This document shows, piece after piece, positions 1-9,456 of a DNA stretch of 30,000 nucleotides. The notes under the pieces are model-generated. The model made no database searches. It saw only the letters and a list, made by a program, of their open reading frames with translations, and was not told the origin of the DNA. Each line of letters opens with the position of its first letter. Within the stretch, counting starts at the first letter, position 1. Source of the stretch: Dickeya oryzae (lineage in GTDB: Bacteria > Pseudomonadota > Gammaproteobacteria > Enterobacterales > Enterobacteriaceae). The stretch is from NCBI RefSeq assembly GCF_009372235.1, contig NZ_ML762922.1, positions 205,503 through 235,502 of the forward strand. The letters run 5' to 3'. The translations under genes were made by a program, and so were the position numbers.

Positions 1-944
1 TATTCACTCTGAGCACTGTTCGCTTTGAGCACATCACGGATACGGGCTTTATAGGCTTCCACTTTCTGCGGTGTCATCAGACGACGTTCGTCATCCAGCA
101 CCACGCCACCCACATCGTCAGCGATACGCTGAGCGGACTGCAGCATCAGCTTGAAGTTCTGACTGGCATCGCCATAAGACGGCACCATCATGAAAATCGA
201 TACGCCCGGCGTGGTAAATTCAGACATCGCGTCCACATTGAACGAACCGGGTTTGACCATGTTAGCCAGGCTGAATAACACCGGCCCACTGCCAGCCGGG
301 TTGACATGACGATGGAAGATGTTCATTTCGCCAAACTGGAAACCTGCCTGCAACACGCTTTGCAACAGCACCTCACCTCCAATCACACCGCCCTGATGAG
401 CCGCTACGTGCAAAACCAGCACCACTTCTTGTTGCGGCATCGGCTGTGAAGCCACCGGCGCTTCAGGCACCGGTTCAGCATGAGGGTGATGGTTCACGTC
501 AGCTACCGGCTCTTCCGCTCTCTGCTCCGCAACGCGTTGCACCGGTTCTGTCGGCTGGGGTTGGGAGGCTGGCGGCTGATAGCGAGGCTGCGGTTCAGCA
601 TACGGGGCAGCAGGCTGATGCGACGACGCTGGCAGCTCCACTTCATCCAGCAGCGGATCGTAGACGGTCGGCTCCTGGCGGAAGGTCGTCTCAAAACGAT
701 CACCCGAAGCGTTGCCAGACGGCGTATTTTGCTGACGGCGAGAGGACGTTACCCGCACTTCACCCACCCCGTCGTCAAGCTCCTCCAACGGGGCATCATC
801 ACGCTTTGGCTTCAGGCGCTTTACCGGACGATCACGGAAAAGGGACGAGCGCTCCTTACGGCTTGTCCAAAGACCATGCAGTAACAGTGCTATAATTGCG
901 ATCGCGCCAACGACAATCAAGATCAGACGCAGGTCCTGCATCAT
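1..944 (-). CDS. zipA: Cell division protein ZipA (FtsZ-binding membrane anchor). Essentially full length; the last base of the stop codon lies outside the window.
   Basis: The reverse complement from 944 reads ATGATGCAGGACCTGCGTCTGATC... = [50 protein letters not shown], the typical ZipA TM anchor plus charged region. The C-terminal part reads ...[17 protein letters not shown]...KANSAQSE, with 'ta' of the stop at positions 2..1. The frame has no in-window stop, which is why it is absent from the ORF track. A Pro/Gln-rich linker lies in the middle. Confidence 0.9.
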   Translation of the reverse strand, partial: MMQDLRLILIVVGAIAIIALLLHGLWTSRKERSSLFRDRPVKRLKPKRDDAPLEELDDGVGEVRVTSSRRQQNTPSGNASGDRFETTFRQEPTVYDPLLDEVELPASSHQPAAPYAEPQPRYQPPASQPQPTEPVQRVAEQRAEEPVADVNHHPHAEPVPEAPVASQPMPQQEVVLVLHVAAHQGGVIGGEVLLQSVLQAGFQFGEMNIFHRHVNPAGSGPVLFSLANMVKPGSFNVDAMSEFTTPGVSIFMMVPSYGDASQNFKLMLQSAQRIADDVGGVVLDDERRLMTPQKVEAYKARIRDVLKANSAQSE

Positions 945-978
945 TGCTATCCCAGTTATTCCAATACATTGCCACTAC

Positions 979-1010
979 GGCAAATACACATACCTCTAAC
1001 TGTATTTGCC
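979..1010. repeat. Perfect 10-bp inverted repeat GGCAAATACA-N12-TGTATTTGCC in the zipA/cysZ divergent control region. Function unknown.
   Basis: Read directly: 979-988 ggcaaataca, 1001-1010 tgtatttgcc. It lies 35-66 nt upstream of the zipA ATG. A second weaker pair, TTTGCC-N9-GGCAAA, is at 1074-1094. Confidence 0.6.
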
Positions 1011-1166
1011 TGTGTACTCAAGTGCAAGTCTGTACACTAGTTTATGATAATAAAGATCGACTGCGGGCATTTTTTTGCCGTTTTTTCAGGCAAATCGCAA
1101 CTAGCCAGCCGAAATTCATCCCGATATGATGCCGTAACCTGCCTACCATAAGGTGAGAACCACCCC

Positions 1167-1937
1167 ATGTCCTACACGCAACACCTTGATCCCAAACACA
1201 GCGGCCTGCATTATTTTCTGAAAGGCTGGCAACTGCTTTCTCTGCCCGGTATCCGTCGTTTTGTCATTCTTCCCATGCTGGTGAATATCCTGCTGATGGG
1301 TGGTGCTTTTTGGTGGCTGTTTCGCCAGCTTGGCACCTGGATCCCGCAGCTAATGACCCATGTGCCAGAGTGGCTACAGTGGCTCAGCTACCTGCTCTGG
1401 CCGCTGGTGACACTTTCCGTCTTGCTGGTTTTCAGCTATTTCTTTAGCACCCTGACCAACCTGATCGCCGCGCCGTTCAACGGCCTGCTGGCGGAGCAAC
1501 TGGAAGCCCGGCTGACCGGCCAGCCGCTACCCTCCAGCGGAATGCTCGATATTGCCAAAGACGTGCCCCGCATCATGCGACGCGAACTGCAAAAACTGGC
1601 CTATTATTTACCCCGTCTGCTGGTGTTACTGCTGCTGTATTTCGTACCCGGCATCGGTCAGACCGTCGTTCCTGTGCTGTGGTTTTTGTTTGGTGCCTGG
1701 ATGCTGGCAATCCAATATTGCGATTATCCGTTCGATAACCACAAAGTCGGTTTTGCCACCATGCGAAAGGCGTTGCGGCAAAACAAGCTGGCAAATCTGC
1801 AATTCGGCGCGCTGGTCAGCCTGTTTACGATGGTGCCAGTGCTAAACTTGTTGATCATGCCGGTTGCTGTCTGCGGCGCGACCGCCTTGTGGGTCGATCG
1901 TTACCGCCACCTGTCCAGCACATTGCCTCGGCACTGA
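1167..1937 (+). CDS. cysZ: Sulfate transporter CysZ
   Basis: 256-aa ORF, multi-TM, N-terminus ...[25 protein letters not shown].... It sits in the conserved zipA / cysZ / cysK neighbourhood of enterobacteria. AGGTGAGAA lies upstream of the ATG. Confidence 0.93.
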   Translation: MSYTQHLDPKHSGLHYFLKGWQLLSLPGIRRFVILPMLVNILLMGGAFWWLFRQLGTWIPQLMTHVPEWLQWLSYLLWPLVTLSVLLVFSYFFSTLTNLIAAPFNGLLAEQLEARLTGQPLPSSGMLDIAKDVPRIMRRELQKLAYYLPRLLVLLLLYFVPGIGQTVVPVLWFLFGAWMLAIQYCDYPFDNHKVGFATMRKALRQNKLANLQFGALVSLFTMVPVLNLLIMPVAVCGATALWVDRYRHLSSTLPRH

Positions 1938-2105
1938 TACCGACACAGAGAGCCAGTGACGCTACCCTGTTCTATAACTGGATATTAATGAAAACATATT
2001 TCCTCAGAACATATCGATATAGCGATTCTTTACTTCACTGGCTTTCCCGAACGAGTATTCTCTCTGAGGTTCGCAAAAATTTCATACAGCTATTAAGGAC
2101 GGGCT

Positions 2106-3074
2106 ATGAGTAAGATCTACGAAGACAATTCTTTCACTATCGGCCATACGCCGCTGGTTCGTCTGAATCGCATTGGTAATGGGCGTATTCTGGCTAAGGT
2201 GGAGTCACGTAACCCGAGCTTCAGCGTCAAATGCCGTATCGGTGCCAACCTGATTTGGGATGCCGAAAAACGCGGCGTATTGAAGCCTGGCGTCGAACTC
2301 GTAGAGCCGACCAGCGGTAACACCGGTATCGCACTGGCGTATGTAGCGGCAGCGCGCGGCTACAAACTGACACTGACCATGCCGGAAACCATGAGTCTGG
2401 AGCGCCGTAAGCTGCTCAAAGCGCTGGGTGCCAATCTGGTGCTGACCGAAGGTGCCAAAGGCATGAAAGGCGCTATCGCCAAAGCCGAAGAGATTGTGGC
2501 CAGCGACCCGGAGCATTACCTGCTGCTGCAGCAGTTCAGCAACCCGGCCAATCCGGAAATTCATGAGAAAACCACTGGCCCGGAAATCTGGGAAGACACC
2601 GACGGCGAAGTCGACGTGTTCATTGCTGGTGTAGGTACAGGTGGTACGCTGACGGGCGTCAGCCGCTATATCAAGCAAACCAAAGGCAAAGCGATCATTT
2701 CGGTGGCCGTCGAACCGGCAGACTCCCCAGTTATCACCCAGGCGCTGGCCGGCGAAGAAATCAAACCCGGCCCGCACAAGATTCAGGGGATCGGTGCCGG
2801 TTTCATTCCTGCCAACCTGGACCTGAAACTGGTCGACCGCGTTGAACGCATTACCAACGAAGAGGCTATCACCACGGCCCGTCGTTTGATGGAAGAAGAA
2901 GGCATTCTGGCCGGGATTTCCTCCGGTGCGGCGGTGGCTGCGGCACTTAACCTGTTAAAAGAAGAAGAATTCGCCAACAAAACCATCGTGGTGATTCTGC
3001 CATCCTCCGGCGAGCGTTACCTCAGCACCGCGTTATTTGCCGATTTGTTCACCGAACAGGAATTGCAGCAGTAA
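2106..3074 (+). CDS. cysK: Cysteine synthase A (O-acetylserine sulfhydrylase A)
   Basis: 322 aa: [57 protein letters not shown]...[31 protein letters not shown]-lysine motif SFSVKCR. Near-colinear with E. coli CysK. Confidence 0.97.
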   Translation: MSKIYEDNSFTIGHTPLVRLNRIGNGRILAKVESRNPSFSVKCRIGANLIWDAEKRGVLKPGVELVEPTSGNTGIALAYVAAARGYKLTLTMPETMSLERRKLLKALGANLVLTEGAKGMKGAIAKAEEIVASDPEHYLLLQQFSNPANPEIHEKTTGPEIWEDTDGEVDVFIAGVGTGGTLTGVSRYIKQTKGKAIISVAVEPADSPVITQALAGEEIKPGPHKIQGIGAGFIPANLDLKLVDRVERITNEEAITTARRLMEEEGILAGISSGAAVAAALNLLKEEEFANKTIVVILPSSGERYLSTALFADLFTEQELQQ

Positions 3075-3105
3075 TTCCTGCACTCAAAAATGTGATTTAA
3101 AAGTT

Positions 3106-3133
3106 AAAAAAGCACCCTGCGGGGTGCTTTTTT
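3106..3133 (+). terminator. Rho-independent terminator of cysK
   Basis: Stem AGCACCC (3111-3117), loop TGCG, GGGTGCT (3122-3128), then a T run to 3133. It lies 32 nt after the cysK stop. Confidence 0.8.
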
Positions 3134-3204
3134 GTGGCAGAGTTCAAACTTTCTGCTACTTGCAGATTGCTTTTCATCGTCAGGTTTAGTATTTAACCGG
3201 ACAA

Positions 3205-3226
3205 TTATTTTGATGCGTAAAATTAA
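3205..3226. promoter_or_regulatory. Putative Mlc (NagC-family) operator in the ptsH upstream promoter region
   Basis: TTATTTTGATGCGTAAAATTAA is a near-palindromic TTATTTT...AAAATTA. From memory it closely resembles the Mlc site at E. coli ptsH P0 (TTATTTTGATGCGCGAAATTAA). Not verified by alignment. Confidence 0.45.
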
Positions 3227-3473
3227 TATCTATCGACGCTCCACATACGGATATCACTCTTGTGACATGAAGCAGCAGGCCCGGATGTTTCATCAACTCA
3301 AGAACAAAGGAGCATTACCGATTTGAGCCAGGGGTAAGCGCATTCCGTTTCCCTTTACCGCATCCCGGCCTGCCTTGACCCATTCAGGGCAACCAAACAG
3401 GCTAAAGTTCAGTAGATACACTAAACTTTAGTTCCACAACATGAACCTAATCCAACAAGTTGGGGAAAACAGA

Positions 3474-3731
3474 ATGTTCAAGCAAGAAGTAACGATTACC
3501 GCACCAAATGGCCTGCATACTCGCCCTGCCGCACAGTTCGTGAAAGAAGCTAAAGGCTTTACCTCCGAAATCAACGTTACCTCTAACGGTAAAAGCGCCA
3601 GCGCGAAAAGCCTGTTCAAATTGCAGACTCTGGGTCTGACTCAGGGTACTGTCGTCACGATTTCAGCTGAAGGCGAAGACGAACAGCAAGCCGTTGAACA
3701 TCTGGTTAAACTGATGGCTGAGCTTGAGTAA
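3474..3731 (+). CDS. ptsH: Phosphocarrier protein HPr
   Basis: 85 aa: [85 protein letters not shown], with active-site His15. Start set at ATG 3474 (GGGGA SD at 3462-3466), not the track's 3441. Confidence 0.97.
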   Translation: MFKQEVTITAPNGLHTRPAAQFVKEAKGFTSEINVTSNGKSASAKSLFKLQTLGLTQGTVVTISAEGEDEQQAVEHLVKLMAELE

Positions 3732-3778
3732 ACGGCCCGCTCTCTTTAGTGAACATCAGGATCAAGTAAGGTAGGGTT

Positions 3779-5506
3779 ATGATTTCAGGCATATTAGTAT
3801 CACCGGGTATCGCTTTTGGTAAGGCGCTGCTACTGAAAGATGATGAGATTGTCATCAACCGGAAAAAAATCTCCGCAGACCAGGTCGAGCAGGAAATCGA
3901 ACTCTTCCTGACTGGTCGCGCCAAAGCGTCACAGCAGTTGGAGGCTATTAAGCAAAAAGCCGCCGAGACGCTGGGGCCAGAGAAAGAAGCCATCTTCGAA
4001 GGGCATATCATGCTGTTGGAAGATGAAGAGTTCGAGCAGGAAATCGTTTCCCTGATTAAAGACGAGCATGCGTCTGCGGACGCGGCGGCGTTTTCCGTCA
4101 TCGAAACCCAGGCGAAAGCGCTGGAAGAACTCGATGACGAATACCTGAAAGAGCGCGCGGCAGACATGCGCGATATCGGCAAGCGCCTGCTGAAAAACAT
4201 CCTGGGCATGCATATCGTTGATCTGGGCGACATTCAGGACGAGGTTATTCTGATCGCCAAAGATCTGACCCCGTCTGAAACCGCACAGTTGAACCTGAAC
4301 AAAGTGCTGGGTTTCATTACCGATATCGGCGGCCGTACTTCCCACACCTCGATCATGGCGCGCTCACTGGAGCTGCCTGCCATCGTTGGGACGACCGACG
4401 CTACCCAAAAAATCAAGAATGGCGATTTCGTTATTCTCGATGGGGTAAACAACAAGATTTACCTGAATCCTGATCAGGCCACGATTGAGCAGCTTAAAGC
4501 CGTTCAGGAGCAGTACAACACCGAGAAATACGAGCTCGCTAAACTCAAAGATCTGCCGGCTATCACGCTGGACGGTCATGAAGTTGAAGTGTGCGCGAAC
4601 ATCGGTACAGTACGCGACATCGCCGGTGCTGAACGTAACGGTGCCGAAGGCGTGGGCCTGTATCGCACCGAGTTCCTGTTTATGGACCGCGATGCCCTGC
4701 CGACCGAAGAAGAGCAGTTCCAGGCGTACAAAGCCGTCGCGGAAGCGATGGGCGCTCAGGCGGTTATCGTGCGTACCATGGATATCGGTGGTGACAAAGA
4801 CCTGCCGTACATGGACCTGCCGAAAGAAGAGAACCCATTCCTCGGCTGGCGTGCGATTCGTATCTGTCTCGATCGCAAAGAAATCCTGCATTCGCAGTTG
4901 CGCGCCATTCTGCGTGCCTCCGCGTTTGGTAAATTGCGCATCATGTTCCCGATGATCATTTCGGTAGAAGAAGTGCGTACCCTGAAAGCCGAACTGGAGA
5001 TGCTCAAAGCTCAGTTGCGTGCTGAAAACAAAGTATTTGATGAAACCATCGAAGTCGGTGTGATGGTGGAAACCCCGGCCGCGGCGGCCATCGCCCATCA
5101 CCTGGCGAAGGAAGTTGACTTCTTTAGTATTGGGACAAATGACTTAACCCAGTATACTCTGGCGGTAGATCGTGGGAACGAGCTGATTTCTCATCTCTAT
5201 AACCCGATGTCTCCGGCCGTGTTGACCCTGATTAAGCAGGTAATCGACGCTTCCCATGCCGAAGGCAAGTGGACTGGCATGTGCGGTGAACTAGCAGGTG
5301 ACGAACGTGCTACACTACTGCTGCTGGGAATGGGTCTGGATGAGTTCAGCATGAGTGCCATCTCGATTCCTCGCATCAAGAAAATTATTCGCAATGCCAA
5401 CTACGAAGATGCGAAAGCGCTGGCGGAGCAGGCATTAGCCCAGCCGACAGCAGAAGAGTTAAGCAGTCTGGTAAGCCGGTTCATTAAAGAAAAGACGCTT
5501 TGCTGA
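3779..5506 (+). CDS. ptsI: PTS Enzyme I (phosphoenolpyruvate-protein phosphotransferase)
   Basis: 575 aa: [20 protein letters not shown]...[21 protein letters not shown] (phospho-His motif)...[15 protein letters not shown]. Colinear with E. coli PtsI. Confidence 0.98.
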   Translation: MISGILVSPGIAFGKALLLKDDEIVINRKKISADQVEQEIELFLTGRAKASQQLEAIKQKAAETLGPEKEAIFEGHIMLLEDEEFEQEIVSLIKDEHASADAAAFSVIETQAKALEELDDEYLKERAADMRDIGKRLLKNILGMHIVDLGDIQDEVILIAKDLTPSETAQLNLNKVLGFITDIGGRTSHTSIMARSLELPAIVGTTDATQKIKNGDFVILDGVNNKIYLNPDQATIEQLKAVQEQYNTEKYELAKLKDLPAITLDGHEVEVCANIGTVRDIAGAERNGAEGVGLYRTEFLFMDRDALPTEEEQFQAYKAVAEAMGAQAVIVRTMDIGGDKDLPYMDLPKEENPFLGWRAIRICLDRKEILHSQLRAILRASAFGKLRIMFPMIISVEEVRTLKAELEMLKAQLRAENKVFDETIEVGVMVETPAAAAIAHHLAKEVDFFSIGTNDLTQYTLAVDRGNELISHLYNPMSPAVLTLIKQVIDASHAEGKWTGMCGELAGDERATLLLLGMGLDEFSMSAISIPRIKKIIRNANYEDAKALAEQALAQPTAEELSSLVSRFIKEKTLC

Positions 5507-5547
5507 TACCGCTGTGCTGACCCAATATTAATGCTTAGGAGAAAATC

Positions 5548-6057
5548 ATGGGTTTGTTCGATAAACTGAAATCTCTGGTTTCTGATGATAAGAAAGAAAC
5601 CGGCAGCATCGAAATCATTGCCCCGTTATCCGGTGAAATCGTCAATATCGAAGACGTGCCTGATGTTGTCTTCGCTGAGAAGATCGTCGGCGATGGTATC
5701 GCTATCAAACCTAGCGGTAACAAGATGGTTGCGCCGGTCGATGGCACCATCGGTAAAATCTTCGAAACCAACCATGCTTTTTCTATTGAATCAGACACAG
5801 GTATCGAACTGTTCGTTCACTTCGGTATTGATACCGTTGAACTGAAAGGCGAAGGCTTTAAACGCATCGCCGAAGAAGGACAGCGTGTCAAGAAAGGTGA
5901 CGTCGTGATCGAGTTTGATCTGCCGTTGCTGGAAGAGAAAGCCAAGTCCACTCTGACACCAGTTGTTATCTCTAACATGGATGAGATTAAAGAACTGACT
6001 AAGCTGAGCGGCACCGTGGTTGTGGGGGAAACCCCGGTTATTCGTATCAAGAAATAA
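5548..6057 (+). CDS. crr: PTS glucose-specific EIIA component (EIIA-Glc)
   Basis: 169 aa: [16 protein letters not shown]...[51 protein letters not shown] lies before the ATG. ptsHI-crr operon order. Confidence 0.98.
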   Translation: MGLFDKLKSLVSDDKKETGSIEIIAPLSGEIVNIEDVPDVVFAEKIVGDGIAIKPSGNKMVAPVDGTIGKIFETNHAFSIESDTGIELFVHFGIDTVELKGEGFKRIAEEGQRVKKGDVVIEFDLPLLEEKAKSTLTPVVISNMDEIKELTKLSGTVVVGETPVIRIKK

Positions 6058-6072
6058 CCGCACATCCTCATG

Positions 6073-6100
6073 AAAAACGGCACCTTCGGGTGCCGTTTTG
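6073..6100. terminator. Bidirectional rho-independent terminator between convergent crr and the sensor kinase gene
   Basis: Stem ACGGCACC (6077-6084), loop TTCG, GGTGCCGT (6089-6096). It is flanked by an A run upstream and a T run downstream, so both strands read hairpin plus U-tract. Confidence 0.8.
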
Positions 6101-6152
6101 CTTTATCACTCAATCGTTTCTCTCGCCAGCGAGCTTATGCACCACACAGCGC

Positions 6153-7574
6153 TTACTGCCAACGTGGAATGCAAATATGGATCTGTAATCCTCCCTGCTG
6201 ACGATTCTCCGCCTCAATCCGGCCGCCGTGCGCCACCACCGCCTTGCGGGCTATCGCCAGCCCCAGCCCATACCCTTTGCCCGACTGCGGCGAATCGATA
6301 CGCATAAACGGGTCGAAAATGCTGGAGAGCTTGCTCGCATCCACGCCCGGGCCGCTATCAGCCACACCGATACACCACTCTTTCTCGTCGCGAGACAAGG
6401 TCACCAGCACCTGCTGACCACGTGACGAGAAACGCAAGGCATTACGGATGATGTTATCCAATGCATGCCGCATCAATTCCGCCGAGCCCTTAACGGTATA
6501 ATCGTCGTATTCGCCGGGGCTTAACGCAATATCGACCCCGGGCACCTGCGCTTCATAGCGGGCATCGTTGACCACCGCGCTCACTAATCCGAGCAGGTCA
6601 AAATACTCGTCACTATTAACGGCATGGCTATTAGCCATATGATTCTCAGCACGGGAGAGCGTCAACACCTCGCCTATCATCTTATCCATGCGCTCGGCTT
6701 CACGCTCCATACGCTGTAACGCGTTTTCCACGTTGTCGGGGTTCTGGCGCGCCAGCCCTATCGCCAGTTGTAACCGGGCCAATGGCGATCGCAACTCATG
6801 GGAAACGTCATGCAGCAGTTGCTCGCGCGCACTCACCAGTATCGACAAACGGCTGACCATCGCGTCAAAGTCACGAGCCACATCGCCAATCTCATCATGG
6901 CGGCGCCGCATCGACGGATAAAGCCGTACCGACAGGTCACCCTGCGCCACCTGCTCGAAGCTCGCCCGCAACCGTCCAAGCGGACGCGCCAGATTCCATG
7001 CCAGCATCGCGCTAAACAGCAACCCACCCAGTGCCCCAATCCAGATCATCGGCAGCGGCAAATGCAGGAAAAACGGCAGCGACGCCGGGGGTTCCTTCGG
7101 CATCACATCATGCCGCCAGCGCGCGATATCAAAACTTACCCGGTAACGCTGCCCGTCAGGGCCTTCCACAGCCTGCTGCAACGCCTGATCCGCTCGGTCT
7201 GAGAAGCGTCCTGGCTCTGGCGGAGGCCCAAATCCCCCTCTACCGGGGTGCGGTGGCTCATCCGGCATTCCCGTGCCCGGCAAGGGTTCGAGATTGCCCG
7301 TGTCGTTATCACCGACCACCGACACATTGATATAAACACGCTCGTTCTTCGGCCAGTCGGCCAGCGTTTTCCCCAGTTCAGCCATTCCCCCCTGACGCAA
7401 CGCCTGTACCGCCAGTGCCATTTGAAACGACGCGGTATATTTGACCTGACGCATTTCCGGTGGCTCGGGGCGCTCGCCGTAAAACGAGAACCCCACCCAC
7501 AGTAGCTGTGAAATGACGAAGAACGTCAGCCACAGTCCCAGCAGGATCTTCCAGAACAGCCTTCCATGCATCAT
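6153..7574 (-). CDS. Two-component sensor histidine kinase, CpxA-like (2 TM, periplasmic loop, HAMP, HisKA, HATPase_c)
   Basis: 473 aa. H-box LLHDVSHELRSPLARLQL; N/G boxes DNIIRNALRFS, VADSGPGV, GKGYGLGLAIA. TM1 is LFWKILLGLWLTFFVISQLLWVGF and TM2 is LPMIWIGALGGLLFSAMLAW. The periplasmic loop has a Pro/Gly-rich stretch, PDEPPHPGRGGFGPPPEPGRF. Confidence 0.9.
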   Translation of the reverse strand: MMHGRLFWKILLGLWLTFFVISQLLWVGFSFYGERPEPPEMRQVKYTASFQMALAVQALRQGGMAELGKTLADWPKNERVYINVSVVGDNDTGNLEPLPGTGMPDEPPHPGRGGFGPPPEPGRFSDRADQALQQAVEGPDGQRYRVSFDIARWRHDVMPKEPPASLPFFLHLPLPMIWIGALGGLLFSAMLAWNLARPLGRLRASFEQVAQGDLSVRLYPSMRRRHDEIGDVARDFDAMVSRLSILVSAREQLLHDVSHELRSPLARLQLAIGLARQNPDNVENALQRMEREAERMDKMIGEVLTLSRAENHMANSHAVNSDEYFDLLGLVSAVVNDARYEAQVPGVDIALSPGEYDDYTVKGSAELMRHALDNIIRNALRFSSRGQQVLVTLSRDEKEWCIGVADSGPGVDASKLSSIFDPFMRIDSPQSGKGYGLGLAIARKAVVAHGGRIEAENRQQGGLQIHICIPRWQ

Positions 7575-8254
7575 TAACGGATCCGATAGCCAACGCTGCG
7601 CACGGTCTCGATGGTCAGGTTACACTCATCCAGCGCGGCCAGTTTCTGACGAATATTACTGATGTGGACATCCACACTGCGGTCATAAGCCTCACGGCGA
7701 CGCCCCAGACATTTCTCCGACAGTTCATCTTTGGTCACGACCCGGCTCGACGAACGCATCAGCAGTTCCAGCAGGTTGAATTCCGACGCGGTGAGATCAA
7801 ACATCTTGCCACGCCACTCGCTGCTGCGCGTAGACGGGCACACCACCAGGTCGCCATAGCTCACTGTCCCGGCGTCTTCGCTTTTTTCCGACTTATCTTC
7901 ATAACGGCGTAACACCGCGCGCAAACGCGCCACCAGTTCCCGCGGATAACAGGGTTTCGGCACATAGTCATCCGCCCCCATTTCCAGCCCAATGACGCGA
8001 TCGATATTGTCGCCTTTGGCCGTCAGCATAATGATGGGAATCGCGTGATTCCGACGTACTTGCCGCAGCACGTCAATCCCGCTCATGTCAGGCAACATGA
8101 TGTCCAAAATCATCGCGGTATACTGACTGGACATGGCGCCGTCTATCCCTTCCTTGCCGGTCATGACCTGTGAAGTACTAAACCCCTCCGCCGTGAGGTA
8201 TTCACACAACATGTTCCCCAGTTCAGCGTCATCGTCTACCAGTAAAATTTTCAT
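7574..8254 (-). CDS. OmpR/PhoB-family response regulator, CpxR-like
   Basis: 226 aa: MKILLVDDD...ILDIMLPDMSGIDVLRQVR...IIMLTAKGDNIDRVIGLEMGADDYVPKP, with a winged-helix C-terminus ...VDVHISNIRQKL...VRSVGYRI. Its stop overlaps the kinase start by 1 nt (TAATG at 7572-7576), which suggests translational coupling. Confidence 0.9.
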   Translation of the reverse strand: MKILLVDDDAELGNMLCEYLTAEGFSTSQVMTGKEGIDGAMSSQYTAMILDIMLPDMSGIDVLRQVRRNHAIPIIMLTAKGDNIDRVIGLEMGADDYVPKPCYPRELVARLRAVLRRYEDKSEKSEDAGTVSYGDLVVCPSTRSSEWRGKMFDLTASEFNLLELLMRSSSRVVTKDELSEKCLGRRREAYDRSVDVHISNIRQKLAALDECNLTIETVRSVGYRIR

Positions 8255-8484
8255 ACGTTCTTCCCATGCATTGTTACCGCCCTTATTGTCAGGGCTGGTC
8301 GCAATCTGCGCAGCAGTATTTACGGAATCCTTACCTTTTACTGTTCAAAACATAACGTCTGTAGATCGGAATAATGGGTGTGGTACACCGTATCTTCATC
8401 AGCAAGGTGGAAGGTGTGCCAGTCACCACGCGTTACACTAAAACGCAAGCGCGTAGACCGGCAGTGCGGCTCTGGCGGATATCC

Positions 8485-9366
8485 TCAGCCAAATACACCG
8501 GTAGACAGATAGCGATCGCCGCGATCGCACACCACGGTCACCACCAGACTGCCAGGATGTTCGGCGGCGATACGCAGCGCTCCAGCTACCGCCCCGCCGG
8601 AGCTGACGCCGCAGAAAATGCCTTCCAGCCGCGCCAGTTGCTGCATGGTGCTTTCCGCTTCCTGCTGCGATATATCCATAATTCGGTCAACCAGCTGTGG
8701 CTGAAAGATGCCCGGCATGTAGTCCGGCGACCAGCGGCGGATCCCCGGAATCTGGCTACCGTCTTGTGGTTGCAGGCCGACAGTGCACACCGTATCACTC
8801 TGGCTTTTCAGGTAACGGCTCACGCCAGTGATGGTACCGGTGGTCCCCATGCAGGACACAAAGTGGGTAAGTCGCCCTTCGGTTTGCCGCCAGATTTCCG
8901 GGCCGGTGGTGGTGAAATGCGCCAGCGGATTATCCGGATTGTTGAACTGATCGAGCAGCACGCCCTCGCCAGCCTGCGCCATTTGCCGGGCCAGATCGCG
9001 CGCGCCCTCCATCCCCTGCTCACGGCTGACCAGCAGTAGCTCCGCGCCGTAGGCGCGCATCGCATCCTGACGTTCCCGACTCATGTTTTCCGGCATCAGT
9101 AATCGCAGTCGGTAACCTTTCATCGCCGCCACCATCGCCAACGCAATGCCGGTATTCCCGCTGGTCGCCTCAATCAACGTGTCTCCAGGGGCTATCTCGC
9201 CGCGGCGTTCCGCCTGCTGAATCATCGACAACGCCGCCCTGTCTTTTACCGACCCAGCCGGGTTATTGCCCTCCAGCTTCAACCAGATTTCGCTGCCGGT
9301 ATGCGCCGCCAGACGTTGTAATTTGATCAACGGCGTATTGCCGACGCAGTGTTCAAGCGTACTCAC
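8485..9366 (-). CDS. cysM: Cysteine synthase B (O-acetylserine sulfhydrylase B)
   Basis: (V)STLEHCVGNTPLIKLQRL...WLKLEGNNPAGSVKDRAALSMI...[28 protein letters not shown]..., colinear with E. coli CysM. Start set at GTG 9366, preceded by GGAGAGAGAAA. The ORF-track extension to 9444 runs through a terminator hairpin. Confidence 0.9.
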   Translation of the reverse strand: MSTLEHCVGNTPLIKLQRLAAHTGSEIWLKLEGNNPAGSVKDRAALSMIQQAERRGEIAPGDTLIEATSGNTGIALAMVAAMKGYRLRLLMPENMSRERQDAMRAYGAELLLVSREQGMEGARDLARQMAQAGEGVLLDQFNNPDNPLAHFTTTGPEIWRQTEGRLTHFVSCMGTTGTITGVSRYLKSQSDTVCTVGLQPQDGSQIPGIRRWSPDYMPGIFQPQLVDRIMDISQQEAESTMQQLARLEGIFCGVSSGGAVAGALRIAAEHPGSLVVTVVCDRGDRYLSTGVFG

Positions 9367-9396
9367 TTTCTCTCTCCGCACGACGTCAGGCGTCGC

Positions 9397-9431
9397 CAAA
9401 AAAACAGGCACCGCGATGCAGTGCCTGTTTG
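9397..9431 (-). terminator. Rho-independent terminator after yfeX, upstream of cysM
   Basis: On the - strand: AAACAGGCAC (9430-9421), 9-nt loop, GTGCCTGTTT (9411-9402), then TTTT.. (complement of the A run at 9398-9401). It lies 26 nt after the yfeX stop. Confidence 0.75.
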
Positions 9432-9456
9432 TCACTCGTAGCAAAACCGGATTCTG

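Noticed and set aside
446-895. + strand ORFs of 149 aa and 134 aa (446..895, 480..884), and a - strand 66-aa ORF (503..703)
   Set aside because: They lie entirely inside zipA, which is clearly recognisable on the - strand. The Pro/Gln-rich linker (CCG/CAG-rich) keeps other frames open. The products are Arg/Pro/Ala/Gln low-complexity, with no SD.
3261-3276. Possible CRP site TGTGAcatgaaGCAGC upstream of ptsH
   Set aside because: Only the left half-site matches. The right half matches TCACA at 2 of 5 positions.
3132-3326. 64-aa ORF in the cysK-ptsH intergenic region. Also 896..1129 (zipA-cysZ gap) and 1889..2113 (cysZ-cysK gap).
   Set aside because: These lie in known promoter and leader regions of conserved operons. 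They have no SD, odd composition, and overlap regulatory sequence.
8374-9039. 221-aa ORF antisense to cysM. Similar cases: 2205..2777 (cysK), 4364..5101 (ptsI), 16589..17260 (ydiR), 21656..22489 (ydiF) and 24561..25097 (ydiB).
   Set aside because: I checked the offsets. Each is codon-aligned antisense to a confidently identified gene, so the same TTA/CTA/TCA-avoidance artefact applies. None has an SD or a recognisable motif.
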